A DNA stretch of 64,000 nt from an uncultured bacterium (GCA_963822585.1 CAWGIE010000039.1:64001-128000), one strand, 5' to 3'. Shown: positions 20,267 to 30,076, numbered from the stretch's first letter. Notes: generated by a model from the letters alone, not told the origin. Numbers and translations: made by a program.

Positions 20267-21052
20267 ATGTACGTCATCAGCGAACGCATCAATGGGATGT
20301 TTAAAAAAGTGGGCCGGGCCATCGCCGAACGGGACGCCGAGACCATCCGGGCCATCGCCCGGCTCCAGGTCGAAGCGGGGGCGGACGCGCTTGATCTCAA
20401 CGTGGGGACCGCCGCCGATAACCGGGAAGAAACGATGGTCTGGCTGGCGGAGACCGTACGAAAAGAGACCGACGCGGTCCTCTGTCTGGACAATCCGAAG
20501 TTCGAGGTTATCAAAGCCGGGGGCGAGGCCTGCCGGGATAATTTTATTATCAACAGCACCACCGCCAGGGCCGCCGACCTGGATAAATTTCTCCCGCTCG
20601 CAGCAAAATACGGGGCAGGGATCATCGCCCTCACCCTTGACGAGCACGGTGTCCCCAATTCGGTCGACGGCAGGGTGGAGATCGCTGCCCGGATCCTGCT
20701 CGCCGCCCAGGAGGCGGGGGTCCCCCCCGGGCGCGTCTACCTCGACCCCATCACTCTTCCCATCAACGCGGCCCAGGACCAACCGAAAAAAATGCTGGAA
20801 GCCATCGCTCAGTTCAGGATTCTCACCGACCCGCCGCCCCATATCGTGATCGGACTCAGCAACCTTTCCCAGGGGGCAGGCGAGAAATCACTTCTGAACA
20901 GCGCCTTCCTGGCCATGGCCATGGGCGCCGGCCTGGATACGGCCATCCTTGACCCGGAGGATAAACTATTAATGGACATCATGATCACCGGGGAAGTTTT
21001 ATTAAATAATGTCATTTATAACGACGACTATCTCAAGGCCTGGCGGGCATAA
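20267..21052 (+). CDS. acsE: Methyltetrahydrofolate:corrinoid/Fe-S protein methyltransferase
   Basis: ISERINGMF, ALDLNVG, IINST and GLSNLSQG pterin-binding barrel motifs; cluster context. Confidence 0.93.
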   Translation: MYVISERINGMFKKVGRAIAERDAETIRAIARLQVEAGADALDLNVGTAADNREETMVWLAETVRKETDAVLCLDNPKFEVIKAGGEACRDNFIINSTTARAADLDKFLPLAAKYGAGIIALTLDEHGVPNSVDGRVEIAARILLAAQEAGVPPGRVYLDPITLPINAAQDQPKKMLEAIAQFRILTDPPPHIVIGLSNLSQGAGEKSLLNSAFLAMAMGAGLDTAILDPEDKLLMDIMITGEVLLNNVIYNDDYLKAWRA

Positions 21053-21304
21053 CAATTTTTTCCGGAAATGTAATTATACATTTGCTACCGAAAGCAAGCG
21101 ACAGTAATCAGGAGTAAAGACGGTAATCAGTAACCAGTAATCAGTAATCAGCAACTCTCATTCAATTATCCGCCCCGCCCCGACATGATCAATATCGGGG
21201 CGGGCGGACATTCGATCGTCTGTTTTTTAAGGGGGCGAGGTAGAGGGAATAAATCTTATTCAATCACATTCAATCGTCTGTTTTACAGGGGGGCGAGATA
21301 GAGT

Positions 21305-22195
21305 ATGGCGGAGATAATCAACGGCACAGAGATCGCGCGGGAGATCCGGGAGGAGATCAGGCGCGAGGTCGCGGCACTGAAAGAACGGACCGGTTCCGTC
21401 CCCGGACTGGCCGTCATCCTGGCGGGAGAGAACCCCGCTTCCGAAGTCTACGTGCGGATGAAGGAGAAAGCCTGCGAAAAGGCCGGGATCGCCTCCTTTC
21501 AATATCGGCTCCCCGGGGATGTTCCCCGTGAGGAACTACTGGAGCTGATCGGAAAGCTGAACCGGGACAAACAAGTGAACGGGATCCTGGTCCAGCTCCC
21601 CCTCCCCGACCGGATCGACGAAGCAGCCGTTCTGGAAACCGTTTTCCCCGAAAAAGACGTCGACGGTTTTCATCCCGTCAACGCGGGGAGGCTGCTCCGG
21701 GGAGAAGAAACCTTCGTCCCCTGCACGCCGCTGGGGATCGTGGAGCTTTTGAAAAGAAGCGGCCACCCTCCTGACGGGAAGCGGGTGGTGGTACTCGGGC
21801 GTTCCAATATCGTGGGCAAGCCCCTGGCCGCCCTCCTGCTCCAAAAGAAGGAGGGGGCCAACGCCACGGTGACCGTCTGCCATACCGGCACCAGGGATCT
21901 CGCCGCCGTTACCCGACAGGCGGAGATCCTGATCGTTTCCGCCGGGCGCGCCGGAACGATCACCGCCGACATGGTCTCGGAGGGGGCGGTGGTGATCGAC
22001 GTCGGCGTCAACGAAATCGGCCGAACTCCGGAGGGGAGAAGAATCCTGGCCGGAGATGTCGATTTCAGGGGGGTGGAGAAAAAAGCCCGGGCCATCACGC
22101 CGGTCCCGGGGGGGGTGGGACCGATGACGATCGCCATGCTGATGAAAAACACCCTCCACGCCTTTCGTCTGCAAAATAATTTATCGGAAGAATAG
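21305..22195 (+). CDS. folD: Bifunctional methylene-THF dehydrogenase/cyclohydrolase
   Basis: YVRMK, GILVQLPLP, KDVDGFHP, PCTP, GRSNIVGKP and TPVPGGVGPMTIAML. Confidence 0.97.
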   Translation: MAEIINGTEIAREIREEIRREVAALKERTGSVPGLAVILAGENPASEVYVRMKEKACEKAGIASFQYRLPGDVPREELLELIGKLNRDKQVNGILVQLPLPDRIDEAAVLETVFPEKDVDGFHPVNAGRLLRGEETFVPCTPLGIVELLKRSGHPPDGKRVVVLGRSNIVGKPLAALLLQKKEGANATVTVCHTGTRDLAAVTRQAEILIVSAGRAGTITADMVSEGAVVIDVGVNEIGRTPEGRRILAGDVDFRGVEKKARAITPVPGGVGPMTIAMLMKNTLHAFRLQNNLSEE

Positions 22196-22240
22196 AGAGC
22201 TATTTTAATTAGCCTTGATAATGTCGGCATTGTTCAAAAA

Positions 22241-22267
22241 TATAATTTTTCCGGAGGAAAAATTATA
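22241..22267 (+). promoter_or_regulatory. RBS-covering hairpin TATAATTTTTCC-GGA-GGAAAAATTATA
   Basis: Perfect 12-bp stem directly abutting ATG 22268. Confidence 0.65.
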
Positions 22268-23362
22268 ATGAGGGTCTATATCGGGGCCACCCGGCAAAAT
22301 GACGGCAAGACCGTTGTCTCCCTGGGATTGATGCACGCCCTGTCCAAGCGGGTCAAAGCCATCGGCTACATCAAGCCCGTGGGGCAACAGTTCCTGAACA
22401 TCAAAGGAGAAATGATTGACAAAGATGTCGTTCTGATGCGGGACATCTATGACCTGAAGGACAAACTCTCCGATATGAGCCCGGTGGCTATACCACGGGG
22501 ATTCACGGAAGAGTATATCAATCACCCGGATAAAAAAAAGCTCAGGAACAAGGTCATCAAGAGCTTTAACAACGTTCGGCGGGGAAAAGACATCGTTCTG
22601 ATCGAAGGCACGGGACATTCCGGCGTGGGATCGGTCTTCGACCTCTCCAACGCCCGGGTGGCCAAGCTCTGCCGGGCCACGGTCATCATGGTCAGTCTGG
22701 GCGGCGTCGGACGTCCGATCGATGAGATTCTTCTCAACAAAGCGATGTTCGATCAGAAGGGGGTGACGCTGCTGGGGGTAATCATCAACAAGGTGCGCAA
22801 GGATAAATACGAAAAAATCAACACCCTGGTCAGGAAAAGTCTCCGGTCAAGAGGCATCCCGGTTCTGGGCGTTATTCCCTTCGATCCCGTGCTCTCCACC
22901 CCCACCATTGGGGAAATCCTGCGGGTGATCGGGGGAAAATTGCTCGCGGGGAAAGACCGCCTGGGGGTACAGGCCGGGAAATACGTCATCGGCGCAATGC
23001 CGGCGGCCGCCGCTTTCGATTACTTTGATCAGCGATACCTGCTTATTACACCGGGCAACCGGGAAGATATCATCCTGGCGGCGATCAGTCATTCCCTGGC
23101 TGACGACGCCACCGAAACCTACCTCACCGGCATCATTATTACCGGCGGCATCCTCCCCCACAAGAATATCCTCGACCTGGTCAAGAAGACCGGCTTCCCG
23201 CTGATGGCGGTCGATGACGATACCTATACCACCACCTCAAAGATCACCAACCTCAACTTCAAGATCAAGCCGGACGACGTGGAGAAAGTTCAGGAAATCC
23301 AGGCCCTGATAGAGCGGTATGTCGACACGGATAAGATCTTTAAACTTCTTCAACAGCAGTGA
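22268..23362 (+). CDS. BioD-like P-loop plus DRTGG domain protein (phosphotransacetylase N-terminal region only)
   Basis: NDGKT, GYIKPVG, LIEGTGH, ITPGNREDII and GIIITGG motifs; no PTA_PTB catalytic domain. Confidence 0.85.
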   Translation: MRVYIGATRQNDGKTVVSLGLMHALSKRVKAIGYIKPVGQQFLNIKGEMIDKDVVLMRDIYDLKDKLSDMSPVAIPRGFTEEYINHPDKKKLRNKVIKSFNNVRRGKDIVLIEGTGHSGVGSVFDLSNARVAKLCRATVIMVSLGGVGRPIDEILLNKAMFDQKGVTLLGVIINKVRKDKYEKINTLVRKSLRSRGIPVLGVIPFDPVLSTPTIGEILRVIGGKLLAGKDRLGVQAGKYVIGAMPAAAAFDYFDQRYLLITPGNREDIILAAISHSLADDATETYLTGIIITGGILPHKNILDLVKKTGFPLMAVDDDTYTTTSKITNLNFKIKPDDVEKVQEIQALIERYVDTDKIFKLLQQQ

Positions 23363-25694
23363 GCCCGGAAGTATCTTTCTCCGCGATGAGCCGGGCGAGC
23401 GTCTCGCCGAGCTGGAGCAGCTCCAGCGGCTTGCGCAGGAAGCCGTGGACATAGTCTTTCAGTTCCTGGATATCATCTTCCGGGAGACGCTTGCCGGTGA
23501 TAATCATAATACAGCTTTCCGGGGCCGCCTCCCGCATCTTCCGGGCCAGGTTGACCCCGGAGAGACCGGGCATCACATAGTCCAACAGAATAAGATCAAA
23601 CACCTGCTTCCGGCAGGAGAGCAAACCATCCTCCCCATTTGACACGGTCGTCACGTCCATCCCGTAGCCCGTTAAATATTTCTTGAAGATAATCAGCAGG
23701 TCCTCTTCGTCGTCAACGATCAGAATACGTTTTCCTTTCAAGGCCCGCAGCTGCAGTTTTTCGGCTTCCGCCTTGCCCGCTTTCCGCCGGGAGGCGGCTG
23801 AGGCTTTGGGCAGGAGGATGCTAAAGAATGTCCCCCGCCCCGGAGTGCTTTCAACGGTAATTTTTCCCTTGTGCTCCTCCACGATCTGGCGGGACACCCA
23901 GAGTCCGAGACCCAGACTGGGGATCCAGTCCTTCTCGCCCGAGACTTTGGTGGTGAAGAAAGGCTCGAAAATCCGGGAGATCTCATCCTCCGGGATCCCC
24001 ACCCCGGTGTCGGAAAACCGGATTTCCACCCCCTCATCCTTATTCTCCACCTGCACTGATATCGTCCCCTTCCCCGCCGGAGCCATGGCGTGATATGAGT
24101 TCATAATCAGGTTCACGAACACCTGCTCGAGTTGGGAGAAGTCGGCCAGGATCAACGCCGGATCCTTATAGAGTTTCCTGATCCTGATGTTGGTTAGTTT
24201 CAGTTCACGCTCATGCAGGGCAAGAGCTTCGTCGATGATCGCCGTCACGGAAACGGGTTTCAGGCGCAGCTTCTCAATCCGCCCGAAGGTGCCGAGACGC
24301 CGGATCATCGTTTTCGCCCGCTGGGTCAGACGAAGGATGGTCGAGATCGCTTTTTTTACCAGAACCCGGTCGCTGAGGTCATAACTGGCCAGTTCGGCGT
24401 TGCCGCTGATCCCCATGAGCACATTATTGAATTCGTGGGCAACGGCAAGGGACATCGTTCCCACCGTCTCCAGTTTCGACGATTCCCGCAATCTTTCTTC
24501 CGACCGCTTGAGATCGGTGATGTCACGCCCCAGGACCACCAGTCCTTTGCGGCGGCCGTCCGGGAAATAGAGCGGGACCTTGATCACATCCAGGACTCTG
24601 GACGGGCCGGCGGGACGGGGGATTACTTCTTGTTCCCGCGAAAGCGAACCGTTACACCAAGCTTTTTCATCCGTCTTCTCACAGGTGAGGAACGAATCGT
24701 GATAAAAAGTTTGTAACGCGGCCAGTTCGCTGTCCGTCTTACCCCGGTAATCCACGTCATTCAGCTCGAAGAGATTGATCGCCGCATCGTTGGCAAGCAG
24801 CCAGCGCCCTTCCCCGTCTTTAAAAAAGATGCAGTCCGGGGTGGTATTGATCAGTGTCCGCATCCTTTCCTCATTTTCATGGAGCGCGTCATATACCCGG
24901 CGGCGCTCGGTGATCTCGACAAAATTTCCCTGGAGGACCGGCCGCCCCTCATACTGAGTGAGGTTCGACCTGACTTCAACCCAACCGACCGCGCCGTTCT
25001 TCCTGATCGCCCGGCAGGTCCAGTACTCGGGGACGGGGAGGCCCGCCGCCCGCCGGGCTGACATTTCCTTCACTCGTTCCTTGTCTTCGGGGTGAATCAG
25101 CCGAAAAATATTCGTCCCGATCAGTTCCTGACAGGAATAACCGGAGATCTCCTCGAACCGGGGGTTGACATAGATAATGCTGCCATCGAGGGAAGCGATA
25201 TAAATCCCGGCCAGCGAGTGCTCGGTCAGGTACCGGTATTTCTCTTCCGATTCGGCCAGGCGCTTTTGCGCTTCGTAGCGCTCGCTGATGTCACGGGAGA
25301 TGCCGATATATCCGAAAACTTCACCATCCTGCCCATAGATGGTATTCTCGATCAGCTGTACCGGGAAGACGGTGGCGTCTTTTCGCCGGTTGAAAATCTC
25401 GCCAACCCAGAACCCGTTTCGAGCCTCCCGGGTAATCAAATCGGCCAGGTTGGGGGGATTCCCCTGGACTCCTTCAAAAAGTTCATATGATTTTTTTCCC
25501 AGGACCTCCTCCGGCCGATAGCCCTGGGTGGTGATGATCGCCTCATTGGCATAGATAATGTTATGGTCCGTGTCGGTGATGTATACCGCATCCTTGAGGC
25601 TGGCCAGAGCGCAGGAAAGAAGCCGCACCTGCTCTTCAACCGACCGGTTAGATATCCCGCCGCTACCGGGGCTGCCGTTATCCTTTCTTTTCAT
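23340..25694 (-). CDS. Hybrid sensor histidine kinase (3 PAS, HisKA, HATPase, receiver)
   Basis: AHEFNNVL, QVFVNLIMN, DTGVGI, FEPFFTTK, GLGL and receiver ILIVDDE..LLDYVMP. Confidence 0.93.
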   Translation of the reverse strand: MKRKDNGSPGSGGISNRSVEEQVRLLSCALASLKDAVYITDTDHNIIYANEAIITTQGYRPEEVLGKKSYELFEGVQGNPPNLADLITREARNGFWVGEIFNRRKDATVFPVQLIENTIYGQDGEVFGYIGISRDISERYEAQKRLAESEEKYRYLTEHSLAGIYIASLDGSIIYVNPRFEEISGYSCQELIGTNIFRLIHPEDKERVKEMSARRAAGLPVPEYWTCRAIRKNGAVGWVEVRSNLTQYEGRPVLQGNFVEITERRRVYDALHENEERMRTLINTTPDCIFFKDGEGRWLLANDAAINLFELNDVDYRGKTDSELAALQTFYHDSFLTCEKTDEKAWCNGSLSREQEVIPRPAGPSRVLDVIKVPLYFPDGRRKGLVVLGRDITDLKRSEERLRESSKLETVGTMSLAVAHEFNNVLMGISGNAELASYDLSDRVLVKKAISTILRLTQRAKTMIRRLGTFGRIEKLRLKPVSVTAIIDEALALHERELKLTNIRIRKLYKDPALILADFSQLEQVFVNLIMNSYHAMAPAGKGTISVQVENKDEGVEIRFSDTGVGIPEDEISRIFEPFFTTKVSGEKDWIPSLGLGLWVSRQIVEEHKGKITVESTPGRGTFFSILLPKASAASRRKAGKAEAEKLQLRALKGKRILIVDDEEDLLIIFKKYLTGYGMDVTTVSNGEDGLLSCRKQVFDLILLDYVMPGLSGVNLARKMREAAPESCIMIITGKRLPEDDIQELKDYVHGFLRKPLELLQLGETLARLIAEKDTSGLTAVEEV

Positions 25695-25729
25695 GTTATC
25701 CTGATTCCCAACCAAGAAACCATCCGATG

Positions 25730-26569
25730 TTATCTCCCGATCTTCGGCAGGTCTTGAGAGATGGAATACCACTTCTCATAAATATGATCATAGACATTGT
25801 CGGCATCCAGCTTTTCAAGAGCGGCGTTCAGTTCATCGGCCAGTTTCTGATTGGACTTGCTCACGCCGATCGCATAGTCCTGGTGATCGATCCCCTGTTC
25901 AACGATCTTGAACTTGTATCCCCGGTTAGCCACCGTCCACCGGAGAATCGGTTCGTCGATCAGGATTATCGCCACTTCCTGGTTTTTCAGTGCCCGGGCC
26001 AGCCGGTCCGGAGTAGCATAGGTTTTCCGGGTGGCCTTGAGATTTTTACGGGCCCATTCTTCCCCGGTGGATCTCTTCAATACGCCCACTGTCACCGCGG
26101 AAGTCAGGCCGTTTCTGAACGCCTGGCTATTCCAGTCGGCGGACTTGGGAGCGGCCACGGCCAGGCTGGTGCGAAAGTAGGGGATGGTGAAGATAAAGTA
26201 CTGTTCGCGGCCCGGGGTCATCGTCATGCTGGAGAGAACGGCATCCGCCCGGCCCGCCGCTAAGGCGCTGGCAAAAGCAGGGATATTGAAAGACTGCTTG
26301 ATCCATTCCACCGGACGCCCCATTACTTTACCCAGGGCTTCCCCCAGGTCGATCTCAAACCCGACATTCCGGTAATTGTCCACGAACGCGAACGGGGGGG
26401 TATCGAGATCGCTGATGAAACGCAGTACCGGCGCCGTCGGTTCTTTCTGTTCCGCCCCTTCCGCTAATGCCTGCTTCCCCTCCGGGGCCCCTTCAGGTTC
26501 AGCCGCTACTAATAGGGCCGGTATGATGACTGATGCCAGACAGGTCCAGGCTACCCATTTTCCATTCAT
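25730..26569 (-). CDS. Polar amino acid ABC transporter substrate-binding protein (family 3)
   Basis: Signal peptide, PPFAF, GFEIDL and TMTPGREQYFIFTIPYF motifs. Confidence 0.9.
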   Translation of the reverse strand: MNGKWVAWTCLASVIIPALLVAAEPEGAPEGKQALAEGAEQKEPTAPVLRFISDLDTPPFAFVDNYRNVGFEIDLGEALGKVMGRPVEWIKQSFNIPAFASALAAGRADAVLSSMTMTPGREQYFIFTIPYFRTSLAVAAPKSADWNSQAFRNGLTSAVTVGVLKRSTGEEWARKNLKATRKTYATPDRLARALKNQEVAIILIDEPILRWTVANRGYKFKIVEQGIDHQDYAIGVSKSNQKLADELNAALEKLDADNVYDHIYEKWYSISQDLPKIGR

Positions 26570-26635
26570 TATTACCCCCTTCACCCGATTCACTCACAAA
26601 TGAACTTAGCCCTCGCTTTGCTCGGGCGACTAAAT

Positions 26636-26760
26636 AAAACTACGAATTACGCGAACCGTCCTGAGCGTAGCCGAAGGATTACACGAATTTTCTTTAAAAT
26701 ATCCCTGCACTGTCGGTTCAATGCTCGCACATTCTTATTTTTTCGTAGAAAAAATAAGAT
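26636..26760 (+). repeat. Dispersed ~125-bp intergenic repeat, homologous to 63887-64000
   Basis: Shared aaaactacgaatt.cgcgaa..gtcctgagcgtagccgaaggattacacgaattt..tttaaaa; ends in hairpin tcttattttttc-gta-gaaaaaataaga. Confidence 0.85.
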
Positions 26761-26877
26761 TATTGTGCGCCAGAGGCGCATCAGCCTCAGGCTGATAATT
26801 CCGAAACAGGAACTTAGCCCTCACGCAGTCTACCCCGATAGAATCGGGGTTCGGGCAATTTTTGAATCAAGACAAAA

Positions 26878-27672
26878 TCAATGCGGCGGCAGACTTCGTT
26901 TGGGACCGAACCATTGGTTGTAGATCTCGTCGTAGATCCCGGAAGAATCAAGTTCCTCCAGGGCCGCGTTAAGGGCCTCGAGGAGTTTCCGGTTCCCCTT
27001 TTTGACCGCGATCCCGTATTGTTCGTGGTTGAGGTCCCTCGATATAACCGCGAAATCATATGGATAGCGGGCGACGATGTAATTCAAAATCTCCTCATCA
27101 ATCAGGATGGCATTCAGATTTTTTTCCCACAAATTCCGGGCCATCTCCAGCGCCGAATCATAGGTGATCAGGGTGGCCCGAAGATTATCACGGGCCCATT
27201 TTTCCCCGGTGGTCCCTTTCATGACGCCTACCTTTGACCCTTCTAATTTCCTTTTCCGGAGCTGAACGATGACTGATTCCTTCAGTTTATTGAGAGCGGC
27301 AATGCCAAGAGTGGTGCGGAAGTAGGGATAGGTAAAATCAAACTCCATCTTCCTTTCCGGGGTGATGGACAGGGACGATAGAATGGCATCGGCTTTTCCG
27401 TTCTCCAGGGCAGCGGCATATGCTTTCAGGTCGAAAACCGCCGGAACCCATTCGACCGGAACGCCCATCACCCGGCCGATCTGGTTGCCGAGATCGATCT
27501 CGAAGCCGTTTAAGCCGGAATCGGTCTTGAAGGCGAAAGGGGGAAACGTGAAATCACCGATAAATCGAAGTTTGTTCTCCGTCGCGGTCTCCGCATGGCC
27601 GAGAGGTAGGATCACCGAAAAAAAGATCGCCGTATACAAACAGAGCAGAAGGGATACCTTTCTTTCCATCAT
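26878..27672 (-). CDS. Polar amino acid ABC transporter substrate-binding protein (family 3), paralog of the neighbouring gene
   Basis: FPPFAF, GFEIDL, SITPERKMEFDFTYPYF and YGIAVKKGN motifs. Confidence 0.9.
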   Translation of the reverse strand: MMERKVSLLLCLYTAIFFSVILPLGHAETATENKLRFIGDFTFPPFAFKTDSGLNGFEIDLGNQIGRVMGVPVEWVPAVFDLKAYAAALENGKADAILSSLSITPERKMEFDFTYPYFRTTLGIAALNKLKESVIVQLRKRKLEGSKVGVMKGTTGEKWARDNLRATLITYDSALEMARNLWEKNLNAILIDEEILNYIVARYPYDFAVISRDLNHEQYGIAVKKGNRKLLEALNAALEELDSSGIYDEIYNQWFGPKRSLPPH

Positions 27673-27864
27673 ATCCTCCTTTAGAACCTAGCCCTCGCAC
27701 AGTCTACCCCGCCGCCGCCCCGAAGTTTTAATCGGGGTTTATCGGAGCTCGGGCAACGTTCTGAAGCGTCTAAAGTTCCCAGTGCCTGAAGTGAAAAATA
27801 CTCACCCCATTTATGCAATAAGTTGTTGTGTGACTGCTCCTTCATCCTTCGTCATTGTTCAAAA

Positions 27865-28860
27865 CTAACCCGATTGCTGGCTGTCTGCCGGCAGGTTGGC
27901 ATCAATCGGGTTAAAACAGATCTCCTGAAATTCACAGTACCGACAGAAATTGACATTATTATGCACGGGAAACGCCTCTTGTGCCAATGGAATATTTTGT
28001 TCCGGGTCTTTCAGATAGGCGGACATCGCCTCCATATCACCCCGGATGGCTTGTTCGGCCCGGCGGCAATCCTCTTCGTTGATCGGGAACTCCCGGGCCG
28101 TACCGGTCTTGAGATAGACCAGAACAGCCCATCGTTCCCTCTCCTCATCCTTCAGACGCTGGGCGCTCCAGAGACCGCCGGCGACCATCTGCAGCCGGTC
28201 TCCTTCACTCTCCTCCCCCGTCTTCCAGTCAACGATCAGGATCCGGTTTTTATCTCTGAGGACAAGGTCCGGAGCGGCAATCGCCCCATAAGGAGGAACA
28301 TCGAAGTATATCTCTTCGGAAAAGGATTCCCCGACCGGATCAAGCCAGAGAAAATCGGGACGATCCAAGGTGACCGCCAGTGTATAGAGAGATGACTTCC
28401 CCGCTTCGGCCACCGCCCGGAGGGCCTGGTCCGCGTACTCCCGCAAGCGTTCTTTCGAAGGAACCCGGTCATAATATATTTCAAAGAGAGGGGGGTATTT
28501 TTTCGGACTGCTTCTCCAGAGCTCCTTTTTGGCGTTGATCCAGACGGCGCGCATGATCTCCACCGCCCGTTCCGGGACCAGCTCCCGGAATTGGCCGTTC
28601 CTGATCCCCCGAAAATGCCCGGCCAGCACTTCATGCACCGCCGAACCGACTAGTGGCGCCATCGACGTCATTTTCCCCAGGCGATAGGCCAGGCGGGCAG
28701 CCTCCGGCGCGTCATCCCGCCAGCCGCCCCAGTGCCGGTAGTAGCGCAGGTAATATTTTCGTTTGCACTCCGCGAAGATTCCGGCCCGGCTCTTCGACCA
28801 GCGAAAGGGATTCTGGAATTCGCCGGAAGTACGGGGAGAGGCGAAGCTATGCTTGCTCAT
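27865..28860 (-). CDS. PD-(D/E)XK nuclease, Cas4/AddB-like, probable Fe-S cluster
   Basis: WSKS..ECKRKYY, GSAVHEVL, PDL, IVDWKTG and C-terminal CRYCEFQEIC. Confidence 0.88.
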   Translation of the reverse strand: MSKHSFASPRTSGEFQNPFRWSKSRAGIFAECKRKYYLRYYRHWGGWRDDAPEAARLAYRLGKMTSMAPLVGSAVHEVLAGHFRGIRNGQFRELVPERAVEIMRAVWINAKKELWRSSPKKYPPLFEIYYDRVPSKERLREYADQALRAVAEAGKSSLYTLAVTLDRPDFLWLDPVGESFSEEIYFDVPPYGAIAAPDLVLRDKNRILIVDWKTGEESEGDRLQMVAGGLWSAQRLKDEERERWAVLVYLKTGTAREFPINEEDCRRAEQAIRGDMEAMSAYLKDPEQNIPLAQEAFPVHNNVNFCRYCEFQEICFNPIDANLPADSQQSG

Positions 28861-28864
28861 TTTT

Positions 28865-29506
28865 CTACGCCCTTCGTGGTTTCCGTAATGATCCGAGTGA
28901 GAAGAGGAGAAAACCGGCCCCCAAGAGCATAATCGCCAGAGCCGTTACCTTCAAGACGGTACCATACACTCCGGGGGTCATCCATTGGCGCCCGGTCGCG
29001 AGCACTACCGCTATGAAGAGATACCAGGCAAGGTCTCCCAGTTCATGCCCCGCAAAAAAGAGACCGTAATCCCGGAGACTTTTCAGTTTCAGGGCCGCTA
29101 CCTGACCGGTCCCCACGGTCGCCCACCAGCCCGTGAAGTACGGATTGGAGAGGGAGACGCCTATCCCCGCAAGAAACAGCTTTGACCGGGACATCATCGC
29201 GCCGGGGTCGCCGTTAAGCGCTCCTCCACCCGGCTGTAAGAGCCCCCAGCCCATCCAGAGAAGCACCAGGCCGCCGGCCATGCCAAATATTGTCCGGAAG
29301 GCCGGTTTAACCAGCAGATTCTTCATGCCCCCGGCCAGACCCAGGACCAGAAAAAACTCGAGAACGGCATGACCGAGCATGATATACACGGCCGCTTCGA
29401 TTCCCCGGGCCAACACCTGGGCGATCACCAGAGCCAGCACCGGCCCGGGGGTGACCGCACCGGTGAGCGCGAGAATGAAAGCGAGTCCAAAGGTGCGAAA
29501 CATCAT
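28865..29506 (-). CDS. LysE family transporter
   Basis: TPGPV, GHAVLE and SLSNPYF..WW motifs; hydrophobic helices. Confidence 0.9.
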   Translation of the reverse strand: MMFRTFGLAFILALTGAVTPGPVLALVIAQVLARGIEAAVYIMLGHAVLEFFLVLGLAGGMKNLLVKPAFRTIFGMAGGLVLLWMGWGLLQPGGGALNGDPGAMMSRSKLFLAGIGVSLSNPYFTGWWATVGTGQVAALKLKSLRDYGLFFAGHELGDLAWYLFIAVVLATGRQWMTPGVYGTVLKVTALAIMLLGAGFLLFSLGSLRKPRRA

Positions 29507-29557
29507 ATTAATATTTTTGCGCTCCGCCCCGAAGTATTAATCGGGGGAGCAAAAATA

Positions 29558-30076
29558 TTAGGGGATTAATTCTTTCAGCTTCAAAGCCAGGTGATCGGGT
29601 TTGATCGGCTTCTGCATGAATGTAATACCGGCGCGGGCAAGCAGTTTCTGAGTCGGCCCGCTGAGCGCGTCCTGAGCGGCGATGGCATTGCCGGTACAGA
29701 TAATGATCGGGAGAGCGGGTAACATCTGTCTCATCTTCTGAAACGTTTCCGTGCCTCCCATCCCCTTCATCACCATATCGAGAAGCACAAGATCCACTCG
29801 GCCCTTCCTGCTCCGCAGCAGATCCAGGGCCTCCTCACCGCTGGCCGCCTGAAGAACCGTATAACCAAGGCGCCTCAGGAGGCGTCCCGTGGTTTCCCGG
29901 AAAGCATCCTCATCATCCACCACCATGATCGTTCCGGCGGAACTTCCGACCGGGCGGCGCTCCCGGCTGCTCTGGATCAGCAGGTCGGTAATCGAGGCCT
30001 CCAGTTCATTTATCCGCCGACGCGAGTCGGCAAGTTCCCGGATGAGCACTTCTTTTGATTTTTCCGCATCTTTCAT
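29558..30076 (-). CDS. Response regulator receiver protein with N-terminal coiled coil
   Basis: IMVVDDE, LVLLDMVM and QKP motifs. Confidence 0.88.
   Translation of the reverse strand: MKDAEKSKEVLIRELADSRRRINELEASITDLLIQSSRERRPVGSSAGTIMVVDDEDAFRETTGRLLRRLGYTVLQAASGEEALDLLRSRKGRVDLVLLDMVMKGMGGTETFQKMRQMLPALPIIICTGNAIAAQDALSGPTQKLLARAGITFMQKPIKPDHLALKLKELIP

Noticed and set aside
20202..20849. 215-aa overlapping ORFs at acsE
   Set aside because: Alternative frames of acsE that start in the 8-bp repeat hairpin; no motifs.
3753..21052. Selenocysteine or stop-codon readthrough in the Wood-Ljungdahl genes
   Set aside because: All ORFs are full length with their Cys ligands present; no internal TGA is needed.
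21053..21070. Another copy of the RBS hairpin (atttttttccggaaat)
   Set aside because: Lacks GGAGG and a downstream start codon; at most a degenerate relative.
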